Shown: positions 48,574 through 61,974 of the stretch, piece by piece | How the letters are laid out: each line of letters starts with the position of its first letter | Numbering within the stretch: position 1 is the stretch's first letter | NCBI RefSeq assembly: GCF_044704955.1 | Contig: NC_091985.1 | Span: 106,640,001-106,704,000, forward strand | Direction of reading: 5' to 3' | Length of the DNA stretch: 64,000 nt | DNA from: Pristiophorus japonicus | Taxonomy: Eukaryota | Program-made: the position numbers and the translations under genes | Notes under the pieces: model-generated | Databases searched by the model: none | Told to the model about the DNA's origin: nothing | The model's input: the letters and a program-made list of their open reading frames with translations, nothing else

Positions 48574-49043
48574 GAAAGAAAGATTTGTATTTATATAGCG
48601 CCTTTCACGACCACCAGACGTCTGAGCGCTTTACAGCCAATGAAGTACTTTTGAAGTGTAGTCACTGTTGTAATGTGGGAATTGTGGCAATCAACTTGCG
48701 CACAGCAAACTCCCACAACCAGCATTGTGATAATGACTAAATAATCTGTTTTTTTTTTTGCTCTGTTGACTGAGGGATAAATATTGGCCAGGACACCAGG
48801 GATAACTCCCCTGCTCTTCTTTGAAATAGTGCCAATGGATCTTTTACGTCCATCTGAGGGGGCAGACAGGGCCTCGGTTTAACATCTCATCTGAAAGACG
48901 GCACCTCTGACAGTGTAGCACTCCCTCAGCACTGCACTGGAGTGTCAGCGAGGATTTATGTGTTTCCGTTCCTGGAGTGGGACTTGAACCCACAGCCCTC
49001 TGACCCAGAGGCGAGTGTGCTACCTACTGAGCCACAGCTGACA
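48574..49043 (-). mobile_element. tRNA-derived SINE, full length
   Basis: Same family as 42215-42651, with A box TGGCTCAGTAGG and B box GGTTCAAGTCC on minus. Confidence 0.85.
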
Positions 49044-49479
49044 ATATTAGTGGAGATATTCTTGGTACTTAAGTAAATTTGTCAGTTAAGCTGTTTCAAT
49101 TCTGCTCTCTACACTTGTGGGTTTTAATATAAAATCTAATATTATTGGAGCTCACTGGCTGGGAAATTCCTCTGATCTGCATCTACTTCATTGGCATTAC
49201 TTCACCAGAAGTGCAGTGTGTAAACACCAAACCTCTGTCAAAGTAACACCAGCGAAGCAGGAGCAGGTGGCGGAATTTCCCAGTCGCTATTGACAGTGTA
49301 AGCAACCTTCACTGAACAGAAAACTGCAGATCTCTCCTTTCTTTAGGAAGATGATGCAGGATGAACAATGTTCAGCAGACAGAACCCAAAGGGTCTATGG
49401 CCAGATTGTCTGAAGGTGAAACGGAGTAATGAATTGTTGGGCTGCTTTGGAGGAGACAAATATGTTTACTTTATATTCT

Positions 49480-49990
49480 GCAAACATGTGTGCAGTATTG
49501 GGTTCTACAATATCGGAAGGATATTGAGGCTTTAGAGGGTATGTGAGGCAATACAACTATGAAGCAAGCTTGGAAAAATGGGTCTTTTGCATTAGGACAG
49601 CATAGATTGCAGGGCAATATGGTAGAAGTGTTTAAAATTATAAAAGGATGGGGTGGGTAGATCGAAGCAGAATGTTTCCATTCATTGAATCTAGAACAAG
49701 GGGCCATAGATGCAAGATTAAATGTAAGAGATTTTCAACAGGGCAGGATAAACTTGTTTGCACAAAGTTCTGAGGATGTGGAATTCACTTAGAGTTAGTG
49801 GTTGAGGCAGAAATGACGCCAGAATTGAAGATTAGATTGGATAGGTGGATGGGGAAAAAAAAGGAATGAAAGGATGTGGGAAAAGGGTGGGTAAAGGTGA
49901 TCAGGATTATTTGCTCACGTGGAGCTTAAACGCCAGCATAGACTAATTGGAACAAATGACCTGTTTCTGTGCTGTAACTTCTGTGTTTCT
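49480..49990 (+). mobile_element. Old CR1 3' fragment
   Basis: GTGTGCAGTATTGG, TCTAGAACAAGGGGCCAT, TGTGGAATTCACT and tail CTGTGTTTCTA. Confidence 0.7.
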
Positions 49991-50412
49991 ATTATCATCT
50001 TCTCTGTTACTTTTATATTCTGGGAAGCATACTTTCTGGGCCTTGTAACTTTGCTACTATTAATTCCATTAACTGTTTCTGTTCTTTCCTCCCTTGTCCC
50101 CATTGTTAAATTTGATGTGCTCATGTACACAAGGCTGTCTCCACATGGAAAACTGACAAAACATTAAAAAAACACACAAACTTAGCATAAGGAAGGTAAA
50201 TAATGGGGCTGTGCTGAACAATAAACTACTCTTCCTTTAGACTTGCTAGTTCGATTCCTAATGCTGCTCAGTGGTTGAGTTTGGGGTAAGCTGTTAAGAT
50301 ATGTCATGTATTCAATGTTTTTGTTCTCATTCCTTTTTAAATCCAAACTATAAAAGTAATTCCAAAGATTTCAGCATCTGTGAGTGGCCCTAACAACAGC
50401 ACAGAGGACTTA

Positions 50413-51955
50413 GGCCCCAAGTTTCCACACGCGGCAAAACAGGCGCCCCACCGAGTTGGGCGCCCGTTTTTCGCGCCGAAAACGGCGCCTGAAAAAAAAC
50501 GCGCTATTCTCGAGCGCTTTGCAGCTCGATGTCTGCTTGGTGCGGCGCACAGGGGGCGGAGCCTACCACTCGCACCGATTTTGTAAGTAGGAGGGGGCGG
50601 GTACAATTTAAATGAGTTTTTTTCGTGCCGGCAACCCTGCGCGTGTGCGTTGGAGCGTTCGCGCATGCGCAGTCTGAAGTAAACATTGGCACTCGGCCAT
50701 TTTAAAAAGTGCTGCAGAAAAAGTAAAAATTTGTTTATTGAACCCTTGCAAAGGCTTGCATTTTAATTTTCTTGATATTTCTGTGTGTGAGGGTGAGGGA
50801 GTTCATTCTGTAATTAAAGATAGACTGTGATAAACGGGACACATGCACTTGTTTGAGACTATTCAAATTCTTTATAACTGTTCAATTTTTAACATTTTTT
50901 AATAAAACCACATTGCCCTTCCATGATCAGCACTGAGGCTTCTTGCAGCTTTCTCCCCCTGCCGTCCGTCGGGCCCGACGGCAAACGGCTGCCTCAAGTA
51001 CTGAGGCTTCTTGCAGCTTTCTCCCTCCCTCCTCCTGCCGTGAGTCGGGCCCGACGGCAAACGGCTGCCTCAAGTACTGAGGCTTCTTGCAGCTTTCTCC
51101 CTCCCCCCCCACCCCCCACCGACGATCGGGCCCGACGGCAAACGGCTGCCTCAAGTACTGAGGCTTCTTGCAGCTTTCTCCCTCCCTTCTCCTGCCGTGA
51201 GTCGGGCCCGACGGCAAACGGCTGCCTCAAGTACTGAGGCTTCTTGCAGCTTTCTCCCTCCCTCCCCCCGCCCCCCCACCCCCCCGCCGTCCATCGGGCC
51301 CGACGGCAAACGGCTGCCTCAAGTACTGAGGCTTCTTGCAGCTTTCTCCCTCCCCCCCCACTCCCCACCGACGATCGGGCCCGACGGCAAACGGCTGCCT
51401 CAAGTACTGAGGCTTCTTGCAGCTTTCTCCCTCCCTCCCCCTGCCGTCGGTCGGTCCCGACAGCAAACCGCTGCCTGAAAGGCCTGCCTGAAGCACTTTC
51501 ACACAGGTAGGAACATGGTTTATTTAATCTTTTCTTTGCTTATAAATTTTTATTCAGGTTGGATTTATTTGTATAATATTTGTATAATATAACTAAGGAT
51601 TTATTGTAGAATTTAATGACTTCCCTTCCCCCCCACCTCGTTCCCGACGCCTAATTTGTAACCTGCGCCTGATTTTTTTATGTGTAGACAAGGTTTTTTT
51701 AAGCCTACAAAAATCTTCACTTGCTCCATTCTAAGTTAGTTTGGAGTACATTTTCACTGTGGAAACTTTCAAATCAGGCGTCAGTGGCCGGACACGCCCC
51801 CTTTTGAAAAAAAAAATTCTGTTCAAAAGTGAAACTGTTCTACCTGACTAGAACTGCAGAAAACTTAAATGTGGAGAATTCCGATTTCTAAGATACTCCG
51901 TTCTCCACCAGTTGCTCCTAAAAATCAGGAGCAAATCATGTGGAAACTTGGGGCC
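50413..51955 (+). mobile_element. Intact non-autonomous PIF/Harbinger-type element
   Basis: Perfect 17-bp TIRs GGCCCCAAGTTTCCACA / TGTGGAAACTTGGGGCC, flanked on both sides by a TTA target-site duplication. Confidence 0.92.
50927..51480. repeat. Tandem array of an identical ~54-bp unit with variable C-rich linkers
   Basis: GGGCCCGACGGCAAACGGCTGCCTCAAGTACTGAGGCTTCTTGCAGCTTTCTCCC starts at 50971, 51047, 51128, 51204, 51296 and 51377, with partial copies at both ends. Confidence 0.95.
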
Positions 51956-53358
51956 TTAGTGTTTGAGCTCCTATGATCACAGAGGGAGGGCAGGAAGTGA
52001 CTGCACTAGACTAGAGATAATAGTGGTCAGAGAGTAGACCCCTTAACAACCGGACCATTGAAAACAGTTGCAGATGTTTGGGAGAACCTTGCAATGTGCA
52101 ATTGAGGTGTGCAAACTTTAGAAATGGAGCAAAACTCAGCCCTGACGCTAGACTTTTCTATTTTTATAGGTGAGGTATATTTGCAAATAAAGCACTTCCA
52201 TATTCATAGCACCACAACATCTCAAAGTCTCAACTCTGTGTGAGGAAGTTTCTCCTGCCCTTGTTCAAAATCTGTTGCGTTTAATCTTACATAAATGGCC
52301 CCTTGTTCTTGCCCTCGGTTTAATGGCACCTCAAGTAGTGTCGTGCAGGTTAATAATTTGTGATAGATTATCCTACTAATTTATATTTGAACAAATCGGC
52401 ATTGTTAACATGGTAATTATTTGAACCAGTCACATACATGTATGACATGCACTTTGTGTGATGCTTTCAAATGTTACGCACAGTTCCCATGTACAACAGA
52501 TGCAAATTGAAGCAAAACTTTTAATTATGTAGGTGATTGTAAATATTTAGAAAATTTCCTCAACTGGCATCGTGAGAAACTATGATGCTCTGTGCAGCAA
52601 TTCCGTTTCTAAGATCCAGCTTGTAACTCAGCAACTTATTTTATAATGGAATAATATATTGGCATACTAAATTATTACACCACAGTGAGAGGTCATGGGA
52701 TTTTGCTTGCAATTTCACTGTTTCAGTATACCGTTAAAAGGAAGGGGAATTTAGAAAGCAAGATAGTATTCTCCACATTGGCTTGGCTTCTTAGTGACAG
52801 AGCAGTAGGTTAAAAAGGGTACTTAGACAGAAATGGACAAGCCCTAACTTTCTGTGGCGATCAAATACAGCAACTTCATGCAGTTTGAAAAGGGAGCCAG
52901 ACAGCAAGATGCCATTTTCGTACAGCTTGGACAGCAATTTCTGGATTTTCATGTTTAACTGCGCATCTGCAAATGCCTGTTGCTGTCTGATTTGCGCATA
53001 AATAATAGCGAATGTCATTGGCCTCACCATTAACTTTACATAAATTCTGGCCCAGTGTTTCACACAGGCTCAGCTGCTGACCAGAATTATTTGCAATTGA
53101 TTCACAGAATAAATACTTGAAGGGGGAAAATTTGCAGGGCTATGTGGGAAGAGGGACTAATTGGATTGCTCTTTCAAAGAGACAGCACATGCACGATGGG
53201 CCAAATGGTCTCATTCTGTGCTGTATCATTCCAGGTTCCCTGTGGTACTAGTACCCATCACATCAGTTTCTACAACTGAGTTAATATTGTACTTTGTTTT
53301 GATGAGAGTTGTGAATTTGGTTGGGGTTTGAGGCAAGGCACTAACTTTTGTTAATTGG

Positions 53359-56300
53359 ATCATCATAGGCAGTCCCTCGGAATCGAGGAAGGCTTGCTTC
53401 CACTCTAAAAATAAGTTTTTAGGTGACTGAACAGTCCAATACGAGAACCAAAGACCCTGTCACAGGTGGGACAGACAGTCATTGAGGGAAAGGGTGGGTG
53501 GGACTGGTTTGCCACACGTTCTTTCTACTGCTTCCGCTTGATTTCTGCATGCTCTCGGCGATGAGACTCTAGCTGCTCAGCGCCCTCCCGGATGCACTTT
53601 CTCCACTTAGGGCGGTCTTTGGCCAGGGACTCCCAGGTGTTGGTGGGGATGTTGCACTTGAAACATTTTCTCCTTTGGCTCGTTTGCCGTGAAGGATTCC
53701 GAGTAGAGTGCTTACTTTGGAAGTCTCATGACAGGCATGCGAACGAGTGGCCTGCCCAGCGGGGCTGATCAAGTGTGGTCATTGCTTCAATGCTGGGAAT
53801 GTTGGCCTGGTTGAGGACGCTAACGTTGGTGCGTCTATCCTCCCAGGGGAGTTTGCAGGATCTTGCGGAGACATAGTTGGTGGTATTTCTCCAGCGATTT
53901 GAGGTGTCTACTGTACATGGTCCATGTCTCTCAGCCATACAGGAGGGTGGGTATTACTACAGCCCTATAGACCATGAGTTTGGTGGTAGATTTGAGGGAC
54001 TGGTCTTCGAACACTCTTTTCCTCAGGCGGCCGAAGGTTGCACTTGCGCACTGGAGGAGGTGTTGAATTTCGTCGTCAATGTCTGCCCTTGTTGATAAGA
54101 GGCTCCCGAGGTATGGGAAATGGTCCACGTTGTCCAGGGCCGCGCCGTTGAGCTTGATTACTGGCGGGGGCAGTGCTGTGCGGCGGGGACAGGCTGCAGG
54201 AGGACCTTTGTCTTACGAATGTTTAGTGTAAGGCCCATGCTTTCGTACGCCTCAGTGACTATGTTGACTATGACTTGCAGTTCAGCCTTTGTGCGCAGAC
54301 ACAGGCGTCGTCCGCGTACAGTAGCTCGACGACAAAGGTTGGCGTGGTCTTGGATCTGGCCTGGAGATGACGAAGGTTGAACAGGTTCCCACTGGTTCTG
54401 TAGTTTAGTTCTACTCCAGTAGAGTGTGAGGTGGAGCATGGCGGCGAGGAAGATTGAGAAGAGGGTTGGCGCGATGATGGCAGCCCTACTTGACCCCAGA
54501 CCGGACGTGGATTGGGTCTGTAATGGATCTGTTGGTAAGGATCATGGCCTGCATGTCATCGTGGAGCAGGAGGAGGATGGTGACAAACTTTTGGGGGTAG
54601 CCAAAACAGAGGAGGATGCTCCATAGACCCTCGCGGTTGACGGTGTCAAAGGCCTTTGTACGGTCAAAGAAGGCCATGTATAAGGGCTGGCGCTGTTTCT
54701 TGCATTTTTCCTGCAGCTGTCACGCTTTAAAATCATGTCCATTGTACCCCATAGGGGACGAAATCCGCACAAACTCCAGGAGGAGCTCCTTGGCCACAGG
54801 GAGAAACGGTTGAGGAGGACTCTAGCGATGCCTTTCCCAGTGGCTGATAACAAGGAAATTCCTCCGTAGTTGCCGCAGTCGGACTTGTCCCCTTTTTTAA
54901 AGATGGTCACAATCACTGCATCTCTGAGATCTCCTGGCATGCTCTCCACCCTCCAGACGAGAGCGATGAATCATGCATTCGCGCCAACAGTGCTTCTCTG
55001 CCATACTTCAGTCCCTCAGCGGGGATTCCATCCGCTCCCGTAGCCTTGTTGTTCTTAAGCTGTCTTATGGCTTTTTCTACCTTGTGCAGGGCTGGGGTTT
55101 TACTGAGGTGGTGGCGGGTAACATGCTGTGGGATGGAGTTGAGGACACTCGAGTCAAAGGCAGAGCCTCGGTTGAGGAGATCTTTGAAGTGCTCCTTCCA
55201 GCGGGCCCTGACTGCCTCGGTGTCCTTGATGAGTGTTTCCCTGTTCTTGGCCAGCAGTGGAGTGGGGCTTTGGGTGTTTGGGCCTTGACTGCGGTGAAGA
55301 ATCCTCGCACATCATGGCTGTCGGCCAGCTGCTGTATCTCCTGTGCTTTCTCCATCCACCATCTGTTCTTTAGGTCCCGAGTTTTTTGTTGGACCTTGGC
55401 CTTAAGCCATCTGTAATGCTGCCTTGCTGCTCCCGAGTTGGGTTGTTTAAGGTTCAGAAATGCCCTGCGCTTGTGATCTATTAGCTCTTGGATCTCCTGG
55501 TCATTCTCCTCAAACCAGTCCTGGTGTTTCCTGGTTGAATGACCGAGCGTCTCTTCGCAGGCACTGGTTATGAAGGCCTGGACGGCAGACCAAGCACCGT
55601 GGGCCTTCTGCGTCTCGGGGTCAAGGCACGCCAGGTTAGCAGTGAGGCACCGACTGTATAGGGCTCTCTTAGCTGGGTCTTTGAGTGCCTCAGCATTTAC
55701 TTTTTTTGTGGCACTGCTTCTGCTGCCGTCGCCACTTTGGGGCTAGGTTGATGTCAATGATGGAACGAATTAGGCGGTGGTCCGTCCAGCAGTCGTCAGC
55801 TCCTGTCATGGCGCGGGTGATGCGCACATCCTTGCGATCCTGACTTGGACGATGACATAGTCGAGCAGGTGCCAATGTTTGGAGCGAGGGTTTTGCCACG
55901 ATGCCTTGTACTTGTCCCTCTGGCGGAGCAAGGTGTTGGTGATGACCAGGTCATGTTCCAGACATTTTGTCAGTAATAGGGTACCGCTGGAGTTGGTTTT
56001 CCCTCTCTGCCGATCACACCTCCCCAGAGGGCTGTGTCCTTGCCGACCCTGGCGTTGAAGTCACCGAGGAGGATCAGTTTGTCGTCTGTGGGGACGTGGG
56101 ATAGGGATTTTTCGAGGCTGGAGTAAAAATCCTCTTTGGTCTCATCTGTCGCATCGAGTGTTGGGACGTATGCACTGATGACTGTGGCGCATTGATTCCA
56201 GGATAGGGTGAGTTGGAGAATCATGAGACATTCGTTAACCCCGCAGTGGGGGGCGGGTCTTTGAGGCAGTCGACCAGCTCGTGTTTGATAGCGAAACCGA

Positions 56301-57045
56301 CTCTGGAGGCAGAGTTCTTCCTCTGGTTTCTGTTTCCAGAAGAAGGTGTAACCTCCACCTTGTTCCTTGAGCTGGCCTTCCCCTGCCCGCTGGGTCTCGC
56401 TTTGGGTGGTGATGTCGTCATCGAAGCGTCTTAAGTTCCTGGGCAACTATGGTGGTGCGGCGTTCTGGCCTGTCGCTGTTGGAGTTGTCCATGAGGGTCC
56501 TGACGTTCCAAGACCTGAACTTCATGTTGAAGGAGTGGAAGATGTCTGTGCATGAGTTCTTTTAACGTGGGGTGGCCGTTGCACACCGGCTACCACACGG
56601 GCTTAGCTGAGCAAGGTCTTGGTCCAGTGGCAAGGGGGTCCAAGACCACTGGAGATCAGGCACTGCTATATGGGCCTAGTTGCCTACAGTGAGATGTTGG
56701 CCGCAAGCACGGCGCTGAGTAGCGCCCTTTGTTGAGATGGTAGGTGGTCTGAGGCTTGGTTGGGGGCAGGCATTGGGAGGGTCAGTGGTCCACTGATGGT
56801 CAGAGTGGTCACAGCCATTGTGCTCACCATGTGCTGGAAGAGAAGAGGCCAGGTCATCAGTGGAGAAGGAGAGGCCCAGTTGTCGCTGAAGGGGAGGAGG
56901 CCCGATCGTCGTTGAGGCCCAGCCGCCGTCGCGAAAGGGGAGGAGGCCCAATCACCTGGTCGGAGGCTCACCGGGCGTCGGCAGGGATTGGATGGGGCAG
57001 CTGACTCGGCCACGTCCAAGGAGGCGGTCGCCGAAGGATATGGTT
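53359..57045 (-). mobile_element. RTE-clade LINE, near full length, frameshifted
   Basis: ATG at 56525 gives MKFRSWNVRTLMDN. Also GGGYTFFW, ISAYVPT, LLGDFNARVG, TDHRLI, CGNYGGISLLS, KAFDTVNR and FPYLGS; (ATG)n-type tail at ~53359. 5' boundary uncertain. Confidence 0.9.
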
Positions 57046-57689
57046 GCAATAACTACAAAGTGGCAGTAATGCTAAAAAAAATAAAGTTTGAGTGGAGCTG
57101 CAAAAATGTATTTCATGCTCTACGAAGTTTAATGTGCAGAAACCACTTCTAAAATTCAATTGCTCACAGCTTTCTGTAATTGGGAAGGATGTTCTCAAAT
57201 AACCCTGACTTTAAAACACCTCAGGTTACTAATTACTGACATACAATAGTGTTATTTTCTGTTGTACCTGTTTTGGAGCACCACTCTGCCTTGAGTGTGA
57301 CTGCAACAAGCTATTCTTGGACTGGAGCTAGTAATCCTTAGTTGTGCATATTTATTTAATCAATAGTTAAAATGGAAAACAAATAAAATAAATGTAACAT
57401 TTTAGTGAAGAGAATGCGGAGCTGCAAAAATTATCTTGCTTCAAGCGAGCACTATTCTGTGAAAGGCTTTTGAATTAAAGGTGGCAAAATGTTGTCTTAA
57501 GCAGCTGCTTTTAACAGTTCTCAAGTATTGCAACATTTGTTTTTATTTTGGCATTTTTGCTGTAGCAAATACAGCATTCTGTGAATAAAGTTTAAAAAAA
57601 AGCCATGTTTATAATTGGTTCACTCTGTGGTTTAATGAAGGTCCAACCCAGAATAAGGTTTAAATAAGCTTATCAACAGATTGCAGAAT

Positions 57690-58270
57690 AAATTCATCCC
57701 TCGTAACTTTAGTAAATCTATACTGTATCTTTTCTATCTTGTATCCTTTCTATAAGGAGGTGCCCAAAACTGCACACAGCACTCCGGCTGTGGGTTAACC
57801 AAGGCGTTGTACAAATTCAACATTTCTTCCTTGCTTTTGTATTTAATGCCTCTAGATACAAAACTAAAGATTCCGTTTGCCTTTTTTATGGTCTTATCTA
57901 CTTGCGCCATCACAAGTAATGACATGTGTGTGCGTGCACTGAAATCTTATCATTTAAGGTGTGTTTCCTTTTGCCTATTGTTACCAAAAGGTATCGCATA
58001 ACATTTTTCTACATTTGAATTGCACTTGTCATCTGTCTATTCTGCTAACTTATCATTCCTTCTGGAGACTTTTAACAATTTGCGATTTTCCTCAATTTGA
58101 TTTTATCAACAAATTTCAATATTCTCTTAATTCCCAAGACCAGATCCTTTTGTGTATTTAGTCAATAAGAACAGCCCCAACACAGACCTCTGTGAAATAT
58201 CAATCACTACATCTTTCCAGTCAAATTTTTTTTTTTTAACTCCATCACTTTGTTTTCTGCCCTCTATCCA
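57690..58270 (-). mobile_element. Old CR1 fragment
   Basis: IKKANGI..YKSKEEMLNLYNALVNPQPECCVQFWAP on minus. Confidence 0.8.
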
Positions 58271-59140
58271 TATGGTCTAAGTGCTAAATGCTTTCTTTTA
58301 GTTTCAAACTTGATCTTATTTCCCTATTCATCCATTGAACACCAGCTGTACTTGAAATAAAAACAGTAAAATGCTGGAAATACTCAGCAGGCCAGGCAGG
58401 GTGTGTGGAGAAACAGTTAACGTTTAAAGTCGATCTGAAAAAGACCTGAAAAGTTAACTCTCTGGGCAGTAAATGCTGGCCTTGCCAGCGACACCCACAT
58501 TCCATGATTGTATAAAAAAAGTTTTCCTTTATGTTCTGTGCATTGATATATAGCTACATTTTCATTTGAATTCTTTTGAAGTTTTGCAACTTTCATTTTA
58601 AATCCCTTCCTACATCTTGATTTTGTTTTGTTCACTTTTTCTGTTTAACCTGTTTCAACTTCCTTATTACCTATAGACCTAGAACTTACATTCCCTTCCA
58701 AGTTGTCTACTGCACTCTCTTAATTTCTGAACCCCTTGCCATATTAGTTTAACTGTGCACAGTTTTAGTTAACCTCCATGAAGCTGTGGCACCAGTTTTG
58801 TTGGTGTCGGCCGTTCCTTCGGTGCAGCTCATTGCTGCCCAGATTGGTCCCAATGAATAAAGATTCTAAACTTTCCTCCGATACCACGCCTCTAGCTATA
58901 CATTTGTCATCTTCATCTGGATGTTCCTGTACTGGCTAGCACACTGATATTATTCCTGAGATTAATGCCTTTTAATATCCTGCTTTTTAATTGACTTCCT
59001 ATCTTCTGGAACTCTTTTACAGGATCTGAATCCTATTTTTTCTTTCTTTGTGGTCAACATGAATCACAACTTCCAGCTGATCCGTCTCTTCCTCCCGTCT
59101 GTTCACTTGATTTGTATGCTCATTATCTGGCACCAGTTAG

Positions 59141-59275
59141 CAATATTCCTGTCAGTTTTTTGGGGCCCCTTTATGGGTGCAGCCCATTCAAAATACTGTG
59201 GATACATAGGTCTTCCTATTTAACAGCCGGTGAGCCGGCTGCGCTGGAGCTGCAGCACGCTGCGCGGGAACATTG
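59141..59275. mobile_element. hAT-type MITE (same family as 48331)
   Basis: TIRs CAATATTCC / GGGAACATTG; shared core GCCCATTCAAAATACTG; flanks CCAGTTAG / CCTGTGAG (6 of 8 match). Confidence 0.7.
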
Positions 59276-60514
59276 CCTGTGAGGCAGTACACCATTCAGA
59301 ACTATTTACTCTCCCTGCTGAATCTCCCACTCTCTCAAACATTCAGTATTGAAAACTTATTGCGAAGGCAATGCCACCAGCGTATCCCTGCACTTCCTTT
59401 CTGCTTTTCCCACCTCGATGGATGTTCATCCGTTTCCATTCCTTATCCACTACTTCTGTCTGTTTCTGGGGTGACCACTTGGAAAATGTCTCCAACTCCT
59501 GTATGTGACTGTTGCTCAAGCTCACAATGAACTTGGGAAAGCAGCTGGAGACACTTCCAATAGGTCCGATTGCCCTAGATATTCGAGCCATTTGAAAGCT
59601 CCCTAGCATATAACATCTAAAAATTGTGTAGGTGCTGCCTGCAAGTCACAGTACACTTCTTAGAGTTGTCAAGTTTCTGACTTCAAAGGTGAGCAAAGAC
59701 AGGCCTTCCTCCTAATAAGGGAATAGTGAGATGTAAAATAAGGTAAAATCTTCAGTAGATTATCTTATGGATCACTATACTCAGTCAGTCTGCACATATT
59801 GTAAGGAAGTGAAGTTTTTGAAGTATATATGACATGTATATGTTTCCTTACACTCCTGTAGCAATACTTCCATAATTTTACATATCAGCCCCACTCTATT
59901 TTTTTCTTATACCCAAGCTGAAATGTGGAGCATGCAGACCCACAAGTTTCATGTGTTTTGGAATGGGTTTTATTTCTCTTGCTTTTTTATTTTTATGCTT
60001 TTGTTTTCATATGTTTGTTGCTAGTCTGTTGCATGTTAAGTTTTCTGCAATCTTAGCTTTCTTTCTTTATTCAACTGTTCCTTACTTAAGGGAAGAAATA
60101 AATAAAAACATATGGTATGCATAATATAGGAAGAATAACATAAATTAGTAAGGAACATCACCAAATAATTTGACATTACAGGTACTGTTTTAATCTTCCC
60201 CTTGACTAAAGAATTTTCTATCATGGGGAGCAGATCTTCAAGAAATGTTAAGACTTATGAGTGAATATAAAAGGAAAAGGCTTTGGCGATTGAGTGTTGA
60301 TACCTTACAAGCCTGGGCAAACAAGATCTCTTTTAAGTATACAATTAACAGACTGTAAAAATGACCAAACTCCATATACCAGTTAAAGGGAAAATAAATT
60401 CATTTAGAAAGAAGATGTTGGTCAAGATGAACCGACAATATGTATTTGTGCAGTTAACCTACTTGGTTCATTAAGTATCCTTACTAGACCTAGGTTGCTT
60501 ATTGTTATATTGGA

Positions 60515-61905
60515 ATACATAAGAACATAGAAATAGGAGCAGGTGTAGGCCATACGGCCCATCAAGCCAGCTCTACTATTCAATAGGAGCATGGCTGATC
60601 TTCTACCTGAACTCCACTTTGCTGCCCTATCCCCATATCCTATGATTCTCTTGGCACCCAAAAATCTATTAACCCGTCTTGAAAATGCTCATCAACCAAG
60701 CATCCACAGCCCTCTGGGGTCGAGAATTTAAACGATTCACAGTCCTTTGAGTGAAGAAATTTCTTCTCATCTCAGTTCTAAATGGCTGACCCCTTACCCT
60801 GATACTATGACCTCTCGTTCTAGACTCTCGAGCCAGGGTAAACAGCCTCTCAGCATCTACTTTGTCAAGCCCTCTAAGAATGTTATTGTTTCATTGAAAT
60901 CGCCTCTCCTAAACTAGAGCATAAAGGCCTATTTTACTCCATCTCTCCTCATAGGACAGCAGCCTTATCCCAGGAATCAATCTCGTGAACCTTCGCTGCA
61001 CCCCATCTAAGGCAAATATATCCTTCCTTGGGTAAGGAGTCCAAAACTCTACACTGCTCCAGCTGCGGTCTCACCAAAGCCCTGTAAAATTGCAGCAGGA
61101 ATTCCTTACTCTTATAGTTCAACCCCCTTGCAATAACAACCCCATTTGTCTTCCTAATTGCTTGCTGTACCTGCATGTTAACTTTTTGTGAATCATGTAC
61201 AAGGACCCCCAAATCCCTTTGAATGCCAATAGTCATTAGTGTCTCACTTTAAAAAAAATATATATATATTCTGCTTTTCCATTCTTTTAACCAGAATGGA
61301 TAACTTCAGACATCTCCACATTATAATCCCATCTGCCACCTTCTTGCATGATCATTTAACTGATCTATATCCCTTTGCATTCTCCTCACAGCTTACTTTC
61401 CCACCTCACTTTGTATCGTCAGCAAACTTGGATATATTACATCTAAGTGATTGATATAGATTGTAAATAGCTGAGGCTCAAGCATTAATCCTTGTGGCAC
61501 TCCACTAGTTAGTACCAATCTCAAAATTACCCATTTATTTCTACTCTGTTTTCTGCTTGTTAACCAATCCTCAATCCATGATAGATTACTCCCGATCCCA
61601 TAAACCCTAATCTTGTATAACAACCTCTGGTGTGGCACATCAAATGCCTCCTGAAAATCCAAATACACTACGTCCACTAGTTCCCCCTTATCTATCATGC
61701 TAGTTAGACCCTCAAAAAAACTCTTATGAAAGGGAAATCGTGTTTGATAAATTTATTATGACCATGTTGACTCTGCCTAATCGTATTGTGATTTTCCAAG
61801 TAACCTGTTACCACGGTCCTTGATAATAGATTCTAGAATTTTCCCTACTACTGGTGTCAGGCTAACTGGTCTATAGTTCACCTGTTTTCTCTCCCTGCTT
61901 TCTTG
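60515..61905 (-). mobile_element. CR1 RT and 3' fragment
   Basis: Tail CATAAGAACATAGAAATAGGAGC; VYLDFQEAFD, SGVPQG and QVQQAIRK on minus. Confidence 0.88.
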
Positions 61906-61974
61906 GAACTGTGCCATTAATGTTAATGCAACCTGGTTCAGTAGGAAAAATAATGATTTCTTGAGAATTTTTTT

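Noticed and set aside
50971-51025. Hammerhead ribozyme tandem units
   Set aside because: No CUGANGA core on either strand.
50927-51480. CRISPR array
   Set aside because: Vertebrate context with no cas genes; linkers are low-complexity and recur; the array lies inside a TIR/TSD-bounded transposon.
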